Below are positions 27,538-39,390 of a stretch of DNA of 64,000 nucleotides, one piece after another (within the stretch, counting starts at the first letter, position 1; each line of letters starts with the position of its first letter). The notes under the pieces are model-generated. The model was not told where the DNA came from. It was given only the letters and a program-made list of their open reading frames with translations, and made no database searches. Source of the DNA: Folioceros fuciformis (Eukaryota); the NCBI GenBank assembly GCA_049999805.1, contig JBNGIO010006382.1, positions 96,234 to 160,233 on the forward strand, read 5' to 3'. The position numbers and the translations under genes are program-made.

Positions 27538-28780
27538 ATGGCGAGCGCGATGAAGCAGAGGTTGGGGTCGCTCGTGGCCCGTGCTGGGCTTGTCCATGCA
27601 AGCCGGGGCTCAGCTCTTTGGCACCGTGGATTGGCCGTCCCTGCCGGGGAGGACGGTGGTAAGATGAGCTTGTCATTTGGGATCGCTAGGCAGGAGGGGA
27701 GGGGAAGGGAAGGGAAAGGGAGGTTTGACACTGATGAGGACGCAGCACCGCCTCTTCTGATGAGGCTGTCTGCCTTCGCTTGGGTTTTTGTGTCCAAGAC
27801 ATTGTGAAGAGCATCTTCGTCACCTCCCAGAAGAAGTTCAGAGCCATCCTGGGAGAGCTAGGGCGCGTGAAGATAAATGTGGACCCTAACGATGACAAAG
27901 CTGTGAAGGAGTATCATTCCACGATGAGGCAAATCAGGCAAAAGTAATTCCTCTGCGGCATCCAAGGGTTGGACATGACCGTTCTGTGACCTGTTGCCAC
28001 TCCTTGGGAGCAGTTGAATGACGGAATTGAGGTGTGTTGCGTGCCGGCTACCCGCAGGCTCAGCATTCCGTCCTACACGGAGAAGCTCGGTGATCTTCTG
28101 GACAGTGCTGCCGAAGATGCGCCCGATGTCAGAACGTTCTACCTCTTGCAGCGAAGTTTGCGCATCGAGTATGTTGAGCACGACTCTCTCTGATGGTCGA
28201 ATACCTGGTTTGGTCCTGTTGATTGTCACCGGGCCTTCGTGTGTGGAGACGTGAGATTTCGTGCGACTGTGGTGCAGGATGAGCGTGCCTGAGATCCCGG
28301 GATATGAATCAGCTGTCTTCCAGGCTATAGACAAGGTGGAGAAGAAGATCGGGAAGCCTCTGGTGAGAGATGATGTCAAGGGTATTTCCTTGTTCAAGGA
28401 AGAGCTTGATGCCGTCAACGCAAAGTAAGCGACACTGGCACACCTCAACACGGGTATCCCTCTCTGCACCTGGCATTTCTTTTGGTATTCCTTGTTAAAA
28501 CCATGCTCTGCTTCATGTGCAGATTCAGTCTGAACCCCGATGCCCTGGACGAGCTGGAAGCACAGCTTGAGCTCTCCATCTCCAAGGGCGAGCTGGCACA
28601 GATGAAGAAAGAAGCGGAGTCCCAGATGGAAACATACAAGCGCAGGTGTGTTTTCCACAACATCGCTCTATCATCAACTCATCTCTACTTATCTGACACC
28701 GCCTCCATTCGGCGTCCAGGGACGACCTCGAGCACATCAATGTGGATGTCAAGACTCTGGACCCTCGACCTTACTTGTGA
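27538..28780 (+). CDS. Mitochondrial ATP synthase 24 kDa subunit (FAd/MGP1-like), multi-exon
   Basis: Presequence MASAMKQRLGSLVAR.., then KINVDPNDDKAVKEY, APDVRTF, AIDKVEKKIGKPLVRDDVKG, ELEAQLELSISKGELAQMKKEA..VDVKTLDPRPYL*. Confidence 0.88.
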
Positions 28781-29686
28781 TCAAGACTGGCAGCGCCATC
28801 AATTCCAACTCATCATCAGGCGCCATTCCCCATTCCCTCCTCTTGAGCTCCTGAACCGGTTCCGACCAGTTTGGACGCTGTCCTTCAAGATGGTGCCACA
28901 GCGTTTTTTGTCCAGCCATTTTGTGAGGTGAAATAATAGGAGTTATCAAGCCCCCTCCTCCGCTGCAGTTATTTCTTGAAATTGACCACATTCTAAGCAG
29001 ATAATTATGGCACACGCTGGTAGCTAGTCTAGCCTAATTCATGTCATGGTTAGCCTTGACATTGTAGGTCAGTAAACCTGTCGTGTTGAGGGCTCGAAAG
29101 CAAAGACGTCGGAAAGACGGAATGAGCTAGATAAAAGACGACCTCCGTGAAATCACGTGTAGGAACGAATTTGAAATGAAATGCCGGCGGAAACGGGGTC
29201 AACATCTGTCTTCCGTCCGAGAACAATGACAGTCCGCTGTAGCACACACAGCCTTCGAGCCCCTCGTCTACTTCACTGGCAGCCGTATGTTCGTGACATG
29301 CTGATCGTGATCTCCGCGCCTCCATTGCCGGCGAGAGTACCCAAGCAGCAGACGGAGCGGGTGGAGGCCGGCGGGCCTGTCGGAGCGGTTGTACGGGTTG
29401 TTGCTGGTCGCTGTTGCAGGCCAGGCCATTGTGAGTTGGCTCTCATCTGTTGTTGCATTGTTGTTGGCGCCTCCGTTGCCGTCCGGAAGCTTACCGCGAA
29501 GCTGCCGCGCGGCGTGAGCTCGCTGCTCTAATTCATGTGCAGATTCTGAAGCCGGTCGTGATTCCGTTGCAGCTCTCTAGCTCCGAGGCTTGAAATTGTG
29601 GCAGGTTGGGAGTGAGAGATTCTACAGGAGTAACGGCGTGCTGGAAGCGAGCAAGCCGGGGCAGCGGGGTGGCTGAGCCCGGAGAG

Positions 29687-31669
29687 ATGGCGGTCAGTCG
29701 CTACGTGGTGGAGGTGGAGAAGGGGCGGCCCGGAAGCGAGGGCTCCCCGTCCGTCGGGCCCGTGTACCGTAGCGTGTTCGCCGAGGACGGATGTCCCGCG
29801 CCCTTGCCCGGGGTGGAGACGGTGTGGGACGTGTTTGCGCGCGCCGTGGGGAAGTATCCTGACAACAAGATGTTAGGCCACCGGAAGATCGTAGGCGGGA
29901 AGGCTGGGGAGTATGTTTGGGAGACGTACAAGGAGGTGTATGAGAAGGTGCTGCAGATCGGGGCTGCGATGCGGCATGTGGAAGTGGAGCCGAAGTCGAG
30001 GGCAGGGGTCTACGGGGCAAACTGTCCGCAGTGGGTGACGGCAATGGAGGCCTGCAACGGGCATTCCGTGTACTGCGTCCCGCTGTATGACACGCTGGGG
30101 GCTGAGGCGGTGGAGTTCATTCTGAAGCACGCGGAGATCCGCCTTGTGTTTGTGCAGGAGAGCAAGATTGGCGCTTTGTTACCGTCGTTGAGGAGTTGCC
30201 TGGAGTTGGTGAAGACAGTGGTCAGTTTCGGCGAGGTGTCGGAGGAGCAGAAGCGGGAGTTGGAGGGGTTGGGGATTAAGGGGTACTCTTGGAGTGAGTT
30301 TTTGCAGCTGGGGAAGGAGAACCCGGCGGAGCTGTCGCCGCCGGCGGCGGGAGATGTGTGCACCATCATGTATACTAGTGGGACTACCGGAGAGCCGAAG
30401 GGAGTGCGCTTGACTAATGAGAGTATCGTCAGCGTCATTGCTGCAGGGGACTGTGTGCTCAAGAAACTCAATTTGCGGATGACTGAGGATGATGTTTATT
30501 TGTCGTTTCTGCCTTTGGCTCATATTTTTGACCGGTCGATGGAGGAGCAGTTCATCTACACCGGGGCGTCCATCGGGTTCTGGCAGGGGGATGTGAAGAC
30601 GTTGTTGGATGATTTGGAGGCCTTGAAGCCTACCTTTTTCTGTGGAGTGCCTAGGGTGTTTGACCGAATTTACTCGGGAGCCACTGCTAAGATCACAGAG
30701 TCCGGGTGGTTGAGGAAGAAGATATTCGACTATGGGTTCAGGACCAAGTTGGATTCCTTGAAGAAGGGGGTGAAGCAAGAGAATGCATCTCATCTATTTG
30801 ATCTGTTGCTGTTTAAGAAGATCAAGGCGAAGTTTGGAGGAAGAATTCGTCTCGTGATGTCTGGTGCTGCGCCCCTGGCCCAGCACGTTGAAGAATTTCT
30901 GAGAGTGGCCACATGTTCTATGGTTGTCCAGGGTTATGGTTTAACTGAGACCTGTGCTGGCAGTTTTGTGTCCATTCCGGACGTCATCGGGATGCAGGGA
31001 ACTGTGGGTCCTCCACTGCCAAATATTGAAGTTCGGTTGGAGTCTGTGCCTGAAATGAACTACGATGCACTCGGTGCCATCCCTCGAGGCGAGATCTGTA
31101 TCCGGGGCAAGAGTTTGTTCTCTGGCTACCACAAGAGGGATGATCTCACCAACGAGGTTTTGGTGGACGGATGGTTCCACACCGGTGATATTGGTGAATG
31201 GCAACCAGATGGTGCCCTAAAGATCATTGACCGCAAGAAGAACATTTTCAAGTTGTCTCAAGGGGAGTATGTGGCAGTGGAGAATTTGGAGAACGTTTAT
31301 GGTCTATGCGCTGACGTCGACTCCATTTGGGTCTATGGCAACAGCTTCGAGTCATACCTTGTGGCAATTGTCGTGCCTAACAAGGATGCGCTGGAGAGTT
31401 GGGCAAAGGCTCATGACGAGGCCGGTCACTTCGAGGCTTTGTGCAAAAGCCCCAAGGCTAAAGAGCACATACTATCGCAACTCAATGCCGTTGGTAAGAA
31501 GAGCAAGCTAAAAGGTTTTGAAGCCATCAGGGCAGTTCATCTGGATCCTGTGCCCTTTGATCTGGAGAGGGATCTGCTAACACCGACTTTCAAGAAGAAG
31601 CGACCCCAGCTGTTGAAGTACTATCAGAGTGAAATCGATGCCTTGTATGCAGGCTTGAAGAAGCCCTGA
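29687..31669 (+). CDS. Long-chain acyl-CoA synthetase (LACS4/5-like), coding region intronless
   Basis: Single ORF of about 660 aa from ATG 29687: PSVGPVYRS, AMP-binding IMYTSGTTGEPKGV, YLSFLPLAHIFDR, QGYGLTETCAG, GWFHTGDIGEWQPDGALKIIDRKKNIFKLSQGEYVAVE. Confidence 0.96.
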   Translation: MAVSRYVVEVEKGRPGSEGSPSVGPVYRSVFAEDGCPAPLPGVETVWDVFARAVGKYPDNKMLGHRKIVGGKAGEYVWETYKEVYEKVLQIGAAMRHVEVEPKSRAGVYGANCPQWVTAMEACNGHSVYCVPLYDTLGAEAVEFILKHAEIRLVFVQESKIGALLPSLRSCLELVKTVVSFGEVSEEQKRELEGLGIKGYSWSEFLQLGKENPAELSPPAAGDVCTIMYTSGTTGEPKGVRLTNESIVSVIAAGDCVLKKLNLRMTEDDVYLSFLPLAHIFDRSMEEQFIYTGASIGFWQGDVKTLLDDLEALKPTFFCGVPRVFDRIYSGATAKITESGWLRKKIFDYGFRTKLDSLKKGVKQENASHLFDLLLFKKIKAKFGGRIRLVMSGAAPLAQHVEEFLRVATCSMVVQGYGLTETCAGSFVSIPDVIGMQGTVGPPLPNIEVRLESVPEMNYDALGAIPRGEICIRGKSLFSGYHKRDDLTNEVLVDGWFHTGDIGEWQPDGALKIIDRKKNIFKLSQGEYVAVENLENVYGLCADVDSIWVYGNSFESYLVAIVVPNKDALESWAKAHDEAGHFEALCKSPKAKEHILSQLNAVGKKSKLKGFEAIRAVHLDPVPFDLERDLLTPTFKKKRPQLLKYYQSEIDALYAGLKKP

Positions 31670-32083
31670 TGTGTTTGTTGTTCTACTGTCTTTTCGAAGT
31701 CGCTGGTCGCAACTGTCACCATTGTTTAACGGCATACGTATATTATAAGCCGGATGTAGGTTCCCTCTAGAGTAATAGCTCAACTGTACAGAACTGATCA
31801 GGGATGCCCAGCTTGTTGAGTCGCAGGCCCCTCTCTGTTGCGGCCTACCCGAGTGCCATGTGGAGCGTAGGATTCTGTGCCTGATTTTTGCTTTATCTGC
31901 CTTTGCAGAGCTTGGATATTCCCAGCAGGATGCAGTGGGTAATAGTGACAAAATCTAGATGCCATGATCGCTGCGGCCAGCGTATGAAATTCTATATGCA
32001 CGACTATCAAGATGTTTTGAGGATTCCAACAAGTGTTCCTATTAAAGTACACACCACGTTCGTGGCGCAGCTCGGATGCTGCT

Positions 32084-34560
32084 CTAGCTTTTCATCATGT
32101 GCTTTGAGACAATCATTCTCATAACCTCTGAGCTCCCTTCAAGAATTGTGTGAACTCTAAGATCACGAACGTATCTCTCCACCTGCACAAAATGAGTAAA
32201 CTTAAGCGCTGAGAGAAGAACACTTCGAACGACGCAGCCGAACCGGGTCGAAAAAAAAAACGGAAGAAGACAAAACGGCGAACTACCTGGTAGTCCTTTA
32301 TGTAACCATAGCCACCATGAAGCTGGAGTGCATCATTGCAGACACTGTAACACGACTCTGTTGCAAACCTGCACGGATGTCGAGATCAGCCCTAGATATC
32401 GATTAGGCTGAGTGAACATGCAGCAATTGTGAGGTGAAGTTGATTGCATACTTCTTGGCCATAGCAGCAGCGGCTGTGCCCCAAGAACTCTTAGAGTCGA
32501 GGGCACCTGCTGCACTTGCCACCAAAGCTCGAGAGGCTTCAATCGATGTCATCATGTCTGCTAACTTGAACTGAGTGCTTTGGAAGTCGATGATAGCCTT
32601 CCCAAACTGGGAAACCAAGTGCATATAAGTCATCGTAGCTGGGAAGCATTTGACACGATTGAATAAAACAGGACTGTGGCCTAGCCTATTTCTGACTGCA
32701 CATGACATGGCTTACTTGTTTACGTGAGGTTACATAGTCTTGAGTTGTGTCTAGACAATACTGTGCACCCCCAACACTGTACACCAAAAGGAGGCGACGT
32801 CACGATACACAGAGAACGTCAGAAACTTGGAAGATGCATTGCGTGAGTGCTCCATCAGTACTATTCCTTCCATTACCTGCATGAAGCAATATTGATCCTT
32901 CCCCCATCAAGTGCTGTCATTGCAATATGGAAACCCTGACCCTCAGATGCTATTCGATTCCGTTCAGGTACCCTCACATCATCCAGATTCACCTGCCATG
33001 TGCCATCGATTATCTACCACACTGGCCAAAAAGGAAATGCAAGCAGAATACTCCATGTGCGATAAGATCTTACTGCTGCCGTTGGTTGAGACCGCCAACC
33101 CATCTTATCCTCCGGCTTCCCGAATGACACTCCAGCCATATTCTGCACAGCACCAACATGCAGTCTGCGTCATCAACGGACGGATACAAAATTCTCACAG
33201 GGCGAGAAAACTATGTAGATCCCAGTCATCCTCGTTTGTGATTATCACCTTCTCAACTAAAAAGCAGGAAATTCCCTTTGGACCTGCAGGACCGGTCCGA
33301 GCCATCACAATGTAAAGATCACTCACTCCCGCTCCACTTATAAAAGCCTGCAGACGCAGCGAGACAAAGCTGTCGTGAAAAACGTGAGAAGCACATGACC
33401 AGGCACATGCACAGTGATTGCCCAAGTTCTTACTTTGGACCCTGTCAGCAAATAATCAGTGCTTCCAGGTGCCCTGCGTGCAATTGTCTGCAACACAGCG
33501 AGCCAGCCAATAGCAAGTAATCAGAAGAAAGCACAGCAATTGCATGACACAGTACTGCCAAGCCCGAACTTGCACACCGTGCACACAAAAGGCCGATTTA
33601 GAAGTTGAGCCTCTCATACCCTGAGCGATGCAGCATCACTTCCACTGGAGGGCTCGGTCAAACAGTATGATGCGAGCAGGTGCTGCACCGCGAAAGAAAT
33701 AGAGGTCAGAGGTCCAGCCACGGGACGCGCTATTCATTGTGAGGTGTACCAACACAGACCATGCGTCATGCTGGTCCACTGCAGGACTGACTGAATCATA
33801 CCATTGGAAATAGCTGGGGCAGCCACTGCTCCCTTTGCTCGCTGGTTCCAAACCTGCGCCACAACCCCTCTCCCATAAATTCACCCCTCTCAGCACAGAC
33901 AAAAGCATCATAACCGTCAAAGGCGGACATCCTAAAGAGCAGACCCACTTGTCAATGATGCCGCAGCACATATTATGAATAGACATATACGCTGCTGCGC
34001 TCACATCACCATACGCCAACGCCTCGATGATAATCGCCGCATCCGACCGACTCAGCCTGCAATTCCCCACACTCGAGTAATAGTGACAGACTGCTCCAAA
34101 CACATCCAGTTCTGAACCATCACATCCACTCATGCTAAGGCCAGTCAGAAATTCACCCGGTGCCTCCCAAATCCTGCCCGCAACACAAACCTCCGAATCC
34201 CAAGCTAGCAGCATTCCGCAGGACATCCACGGGGAAGTGCTTGTGCTCATCCCACGCTGCAGCAAACGGAAGCAGCTGCTCCTTGGAGAATTCCTGCAGC
34301 CAGCCAGACGCAACGTAAAGAGGCTTCCTTCCGACAGACGGGCATCCCGAAAGGCAGGTCCCTGTGGTGACGGGGCTTACAAGTGCAAGTTTGCGAAATT
34401 CGAGCTGCTCGGGAGTCAATCTGTGCTCATCCCACAGTAGAGTCCTGCTGGGAGCCGACGCTGTCGGAGACCTAGTGGCATCGGCAGCTGAAGTGGCTAG
34501 AAAACGTTTGCAGCTGGCCAGTCTGGGCAGGCAACGACGCAACGCTCTGGAAGCAGACAT
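32084..34560 (-). CDS. Mitochondrial acyl-CoA dehydrogenase, isobutyryl-CoA dehydrogenase (ACAD8)-like, multi-exon
   Basis: Presequence [135 protein letters not shown]. Confidence 0.92.
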
Positions 34561-35569
34561 ACTGGATCAAGAGATTTGGATGTCGCCACACGGGACACTG
34601 TGCTCGCGCCTCAGCAGTGGCTGTTACGCTCGACGTTGTTCCACCTTGCCTGCGTGGCAGCCAGCGGAGAGGAGGAACCGGCAACCGGCTGTGTGGGAAT
34701 TCCACCCCAACTTGCTCACGGTACCCGGTGCAACAAGTAGCCGGAGGGTTCGACTCGCACGCCTCTTCAGAATCGTCTACAGTGGAGTCGACATCACGGC
34801 TTTTGTCAGCTGGCTCGTCACTTGACCTTCGTTGCCTAATCTCCCCTAAAGTCTCGGTAACTAGTCCTTTGAAGTCAGTTCTCTTGATTCGACTTTGGAG
34901 AGGAAAACATGGTAGCCTAACTCAATGTGCTTTGAGGAGTTGAACTAGCCCCAAGTGCTTGCGGCAAAGGTAGCTGCTACATACTCAGGCTTGGATGAGC
35001 TTTAGAGCAACAAAGGTCTCTTTCTTGGACATCTAGAGTCACTATGTCACTTGCAGCATAGAATAAAAAGACTATGGGAAAGAATTTACATTAATGTCCA
35101 TTAGGACATGCCACATTTTGTCTCATATGTTGTGTTAGGGGTTGAGGAGTTCTTATTGCTTTGTCATAAGGAAATGACTGCACCTCTAGAGTTTCAATAT
35201 TTGATTAAGATGACATAGTTTTACTTAATTTAGAACTTGTCTCCATTGGTGTGTCAGCATAAGTTTGTGGGTTTTAGCAAAGCTTATGGATTGTTTGTGG
35301 GTTTTAGCANNNNNNNNNNCAAAGCTTATGGATTGTTTGTGGGTTTTAGCAAAGCTTATGGATTGTCCAATAAGTTTGCTGATTGTCTTTTGGTGTTTGA
35401 AGTATGATTTTTTATTATGACCTCTCGTCTAAGGAGGGAGGCTTGAAACACCCTTTCTCTCTTGTCTCTCTTGTCTAGTGGATATGATTGAGATTTATTT
35501 ATTTTAGAAGAAAAAAATGAAAAACTCATCTTCCCCCATAGAAGGAGATAAACTATGATAGGAAGACTA

Positions 35570-36160
35570 GGGCTAACCCCATGAAGCCTAGTGAGATTGC
35601 CAATAGCACCTAAAACATCATGGTTTGGAAAGAGAAAGGGTCTATTGGAATTGTTGACAAACCCTAAACCCTACCAACATTGTTGTACTGGGGCTAACCC
35701 CATGAAGCCTAGTGACTACCAATAGAACCTAAAACATCATGGTTTGGAAAGAGAAAGGGTCTACTGGAATTGTTGACAAACCCTAAACCCTACCAACATT
35801 GTTGTATTAGGGCTAACCCCATGAAGCCTAGTGACTACCAATAGCACTTAAAACATCATGATAGCACCTAAAACATCATGATAGCACCTAAAACANNNNN
35901 NNNNNTAAAACATCATGATAGCACCTAAAACATCATGATAGCACCTAAAACATCATGGTTTGGAAAGAGAAAGGGTCTACTAGAATTGTTGACAAACCCG
36001 CTAAACGCATCATGGTTTGGAAAGAGAAAGGGTCTAGTACACTTGTTAAACGCATCATGGTTTGGAAAGAAAAAGGGTCTACTAAAATTGTTGACAAACC
36101 CCTAAACGCATCATGGTTTGGAAAGAAAAAGGGTCTACTAAAATTATTGACAAACCCTAA
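35570..36160. repeat. Hierarchical tandem repeat (about 120-bp, 20-bp and 45-57-bp units) containing telomere-like AAACCCTAAACCCTA
   Basis: Shared core AAACATCATGGTTTGGAAAGAGAAAGGGTCTA..TTGTTGACAAACCC; 20-mer TAAAACATCATGATAGCACC arrays on both sides of an N gap. Confidence 0.9.
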
Positions 36161-37106
36161 AAGTATATGGCATTAGCCAATGCTGGATATAGCATTATCC
36201 AACGCTGGATATAGCAATATGATTGGTGTGTGAGAATCATTTTTTATTCTCTCGTACTTTGTTCATGATATTGCATGAAGATTTTGGACATAAATTTCTT
36301 CGATTCCTTGTGGCTCGTGGCTCTATAAAGCCACGACCTTGTTCAGCTCGATGCCATGTGCCTAAACATGTTTGGGCGGGAAAATGGCCGCTATGCGCGG
36401 GCGCCATAACGGCCACAAGTCTATCGCTTCTATCTGGAGTATAGGAACTAAAAGGTTGGTCGAATATTTTACAAAATTAATAAATATTTTAGATATTTTT
36501 ACTTGGATGCGTATGAAAATGAAGGCACACAGGCCACAGCGTGATGAAAAAGCCACACCGGCCGCTGGGACCGGAGCGTGTTCCATAGTGCGTGAACACA
36601 GCCACACAGTCCACAGCGTGAAAAAAAGTCTCGACTGCCACGGCGGGTGTGGCGTTCCATAGTGCGGTGCGTTCGTTCACCCTGATGTGACGCCTGACGG
36701 ATTCCCCTGCACTCCCTCATCTCCGCCTGAAGAACATGAGTGTTCGATCATCAAGCAAAGTATCAGCATCGTCGGGGTACGTTCATTCCTACCAGATACC
36801 TAGAGCTACATCATCTGAACCATGGGACACACTCGACGTCTCGAAATCATGTCCTTACGGCCAGGATTGGTCGCGGGCGTGACAAGTGATCAGGAGTGAA
36901 ATTCCGGAGATCATGGATTCCAATGTCCTGGAGCAGCGTGTCCATTGGCAGAGGGAAAGTAAAAAGTGGCGTGAGTTGATGATGATACCAGTTATTGCCT
37001 CTCTGTGTATGACGTAGAGTGGTTTCCCATAGCACCGTCTGTCTTTGTTCAGCTTGTGAAGCCGGCCTTGTTCAGTGACTTGCACGCTCCAAGCTACGGT
37101 ACTGGA

Positions 37107-37227
37107 GCAATTGATCTTCTGTACGTATGCCACAACAGATTCAGAGAACCTGCAGTTGATCTTCTGCATGTATGCAACAAGACATTCATAGAACCTGCAA
37201 TTGAGAGGAGATTCAGAGAACCTGCTG
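37107..37227. repeat. Short tandem duplication of about 45 bp upstream of the dirigent gene
   Basis: GCA(A/G)TTGATCTTCTG.A.GTATGC.ACAA..ATTCA.AGAACCT repeated about 2.5 times. Confidence 0.75.
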
Positions 37228-37471
37228 CTGGAAGGCAAACACTGTAGACACGATAGACTGGCTGGCCAATCCTCGTAAGGAGGGAGGAAGGTAGAACGGA
37301 AGGTCCGGGATACTTTGGCATAAAATAACATTTCCGTGCGTGGAATACAGCCCTGGCAGTCGATGATAAGGTCAGCTTGGCACTGCTGCTCGATGCGATG
37401 CGATGCTGCAGGTATAATAAGAGGAAGTTTGAGCAGAGACTGACGGATGATAGTAGCAACTGGTCACAGCC

Positions 37472-38146
37472 ATGGCAGGGTCTACAACATCCCGCACATC
37501 AGCCGTCGCCGTCCTGCTGGCGCTGCTTTCCCTCGCGTCAGCTGTGGAATCGAACCCGCACTCGCACTCGCACTCGCACTCGCATTCTCACTCGCGGAAG
37601 AATCAGCACTCGTGGAAGCAGTACAGCAAGCCTGTCCGGCGGGAGGAGAAATTCGTAACCCTGAACTTCTTCCTCCATGACAACCTGCTGGTGCCAAACA
37701 CCAGCGCCTTCTTCATCGTGCCGCCGCTGGACGGCAAGATCCCCCGGGAGTTCGTCGGCAACAGCTTCTTCGGCGGTGTGGTGGTGGCCGATGACTCCGT
37801 CACCGTGGAGGCCGATCCGGCCTCCCTGGAGATCGGGCGAAGCAAGGGGATATACATATGGGACACCAACAACGACGCCAGCCCGTCCACGGAGCTGGTG
37901 ATCACGATCGTGTGGAACGAAGCCGCGGGCTTCGCACCCCGCAGCACCCTCAGCATACGCGGCTACAACCCGATCACCAGCACACTGGGAGAGGCCGCAC
38001 CGGTGCGGGAGAGTGCCGTGGTCGGGGGCACAGGTGAATTCAGACTGGCTCGTGGCTGGGTCGACTACCAGCTTGCATCGGTCTCGGGTTTCAACTACGG
38101 CGCGGTTGTTAACTTCACAGCCTTCGTTTGGTATTGGGGTCCGTAG
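37472..38146 (+). CDS. Dirigent protein, secreted, with an N-terminal (His-Ser)6 tract
   Basis: Signal peptide; dirigent motifs LNFFLHDNL, FFGGVVVADDSVT, IGRSKGIY, STLSIRG, RESAVVGGTGEFRLARGW. Intronless. Confidence 0.93.
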   Translation: MAGSTTSRTSAVAVLLALLSLASAVESNPHSHSHSHSHSHSRKNQHSWKQYSKPVRREEKFVTLNFFLHDNLLVPNTSAFFIVPPLDGKIPREFVGNSFFGGVVVADDSVTVEADPASLEIGRSKGIYIWDTNNDASPSTELVITIVWNEAAGFAPRSTLSIRGYNPITSTLGEAAPVRESAVVGGTGEFRLARGWVDYQLASVSGFNYGAVVNFTAFVWYWGP

Positions 38147-38474
38147 CATACCCCCGTTACCCGCGGCTCGATGTGTCTGTTTTCGTGGCTGCTTTTGGCT
38201 CCATAATTTGACGGGGGATGTACGTTTTGTGATGCTCCGGTGTCTCGTCTCGACCCCTGAACGAGGACCGGCTGTCGACCACTAATTCTAAACGTTTTCA
38301 ATCAATTTTCAAAAGGGCTTTTTATCGGTATTCAATCTTCGTTCTTAATTTTTTCTGGTTTCATAATCCAATCTGTGAAAAGAATGGAAGATTGAAGGAT
38401 ATCTATACGAATATAAAAATTTCAATCAATTTACATAATAAGTGGAAACCTATCTACAACTTAAAGAATGGAAA

Positions 38475-39390
38475 AGTAACGCCCCCTTCCTAACGTAGAG
38501 TAAAAGGAAGCAATGGCCTCGAATCTTGTCTATTCACTTCGTAGTGCTACATTTACAAATCACTCACTCCCTCTCACACTACTCAGCACTAGGCTCTAAG
38601 TAGTCCGCCGTCTACTGTGGCCTCGAATCTTGTCTATTCACTTCGTAGTGCTACATTTACAAATCACTCACTCCCTCTCACACTACTCAGCACTAGGCTC
38701 TAAGTAGTCCGCCGTCTACTGTCTACTGACGACTCGATCCAAGTAGTCCCCCGCATATTGACGACTCACTACAAGTAGTCCCCTGTCTATTGACGACTCG
38801 CTACAAGTAGTCCGCCGTCTATTGACAACTCGCAGACCACCTCCTCTAGGTGCTGCTCTTTATTCAAGATACTTACAAAAGAGTCTATTCACTCCCTAGT
38901 GCTCCACTTACAAATCACTCACTCCCTCTCACACGACTCAGCACTAGGTTCCAAGTAGTCCGCCATCTTACTGACGACTCGCTCGAAGTAGTCCACCGTC
39001 TACGGACGACTCGAAGACCACACGACTCAGCACTAGGTTCCAAGTAGTCCGCCGTCTTACTGACGACTCGCTCCAAGTAGTCCACCGTCTACTGACGACT
39101 CGAAGACCACCTCCTCTAGGTGTTGCTCTTTATTCAAGATACTTACAAAAGAGTCCAGTGATCTACGTCCCACTGGCTATTGCCCCTAGACTCAATCTGA
39201 CAAGCCTTCCACAGCTATGTCTCAAGGCTAGACTTCTCACTGTTTACCTCTCTCTATATCTTTGTGACTGTTCTCAAAGCTTTAGAACTAGCCTATTTAT
39301 AATATTCCATAGCTAAGCCACTGCTACAGTTGGGAATAATATACACCACTCATCTCCCCATACACCACTCATTAGTAGTGATTACAACTT
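38475..39390. mobile_element. Repeat-rich block, probably a solo LTR or LTR fragment
   Basis: 103-bp perfect direct duplication (about 38515-38720); about 30-bp units TGACGACTCGCT.CAAGTAGTCC.CCGTCTA; 55-bp duplication (38831-38885 / 39100-39155); minus-strand TATAAATAGG near 39291-39300. Candidate ends are GTAACGCCC (38476) and TTACA (39382-39386). No clean target-site duplication found. Confidence 0.5.
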
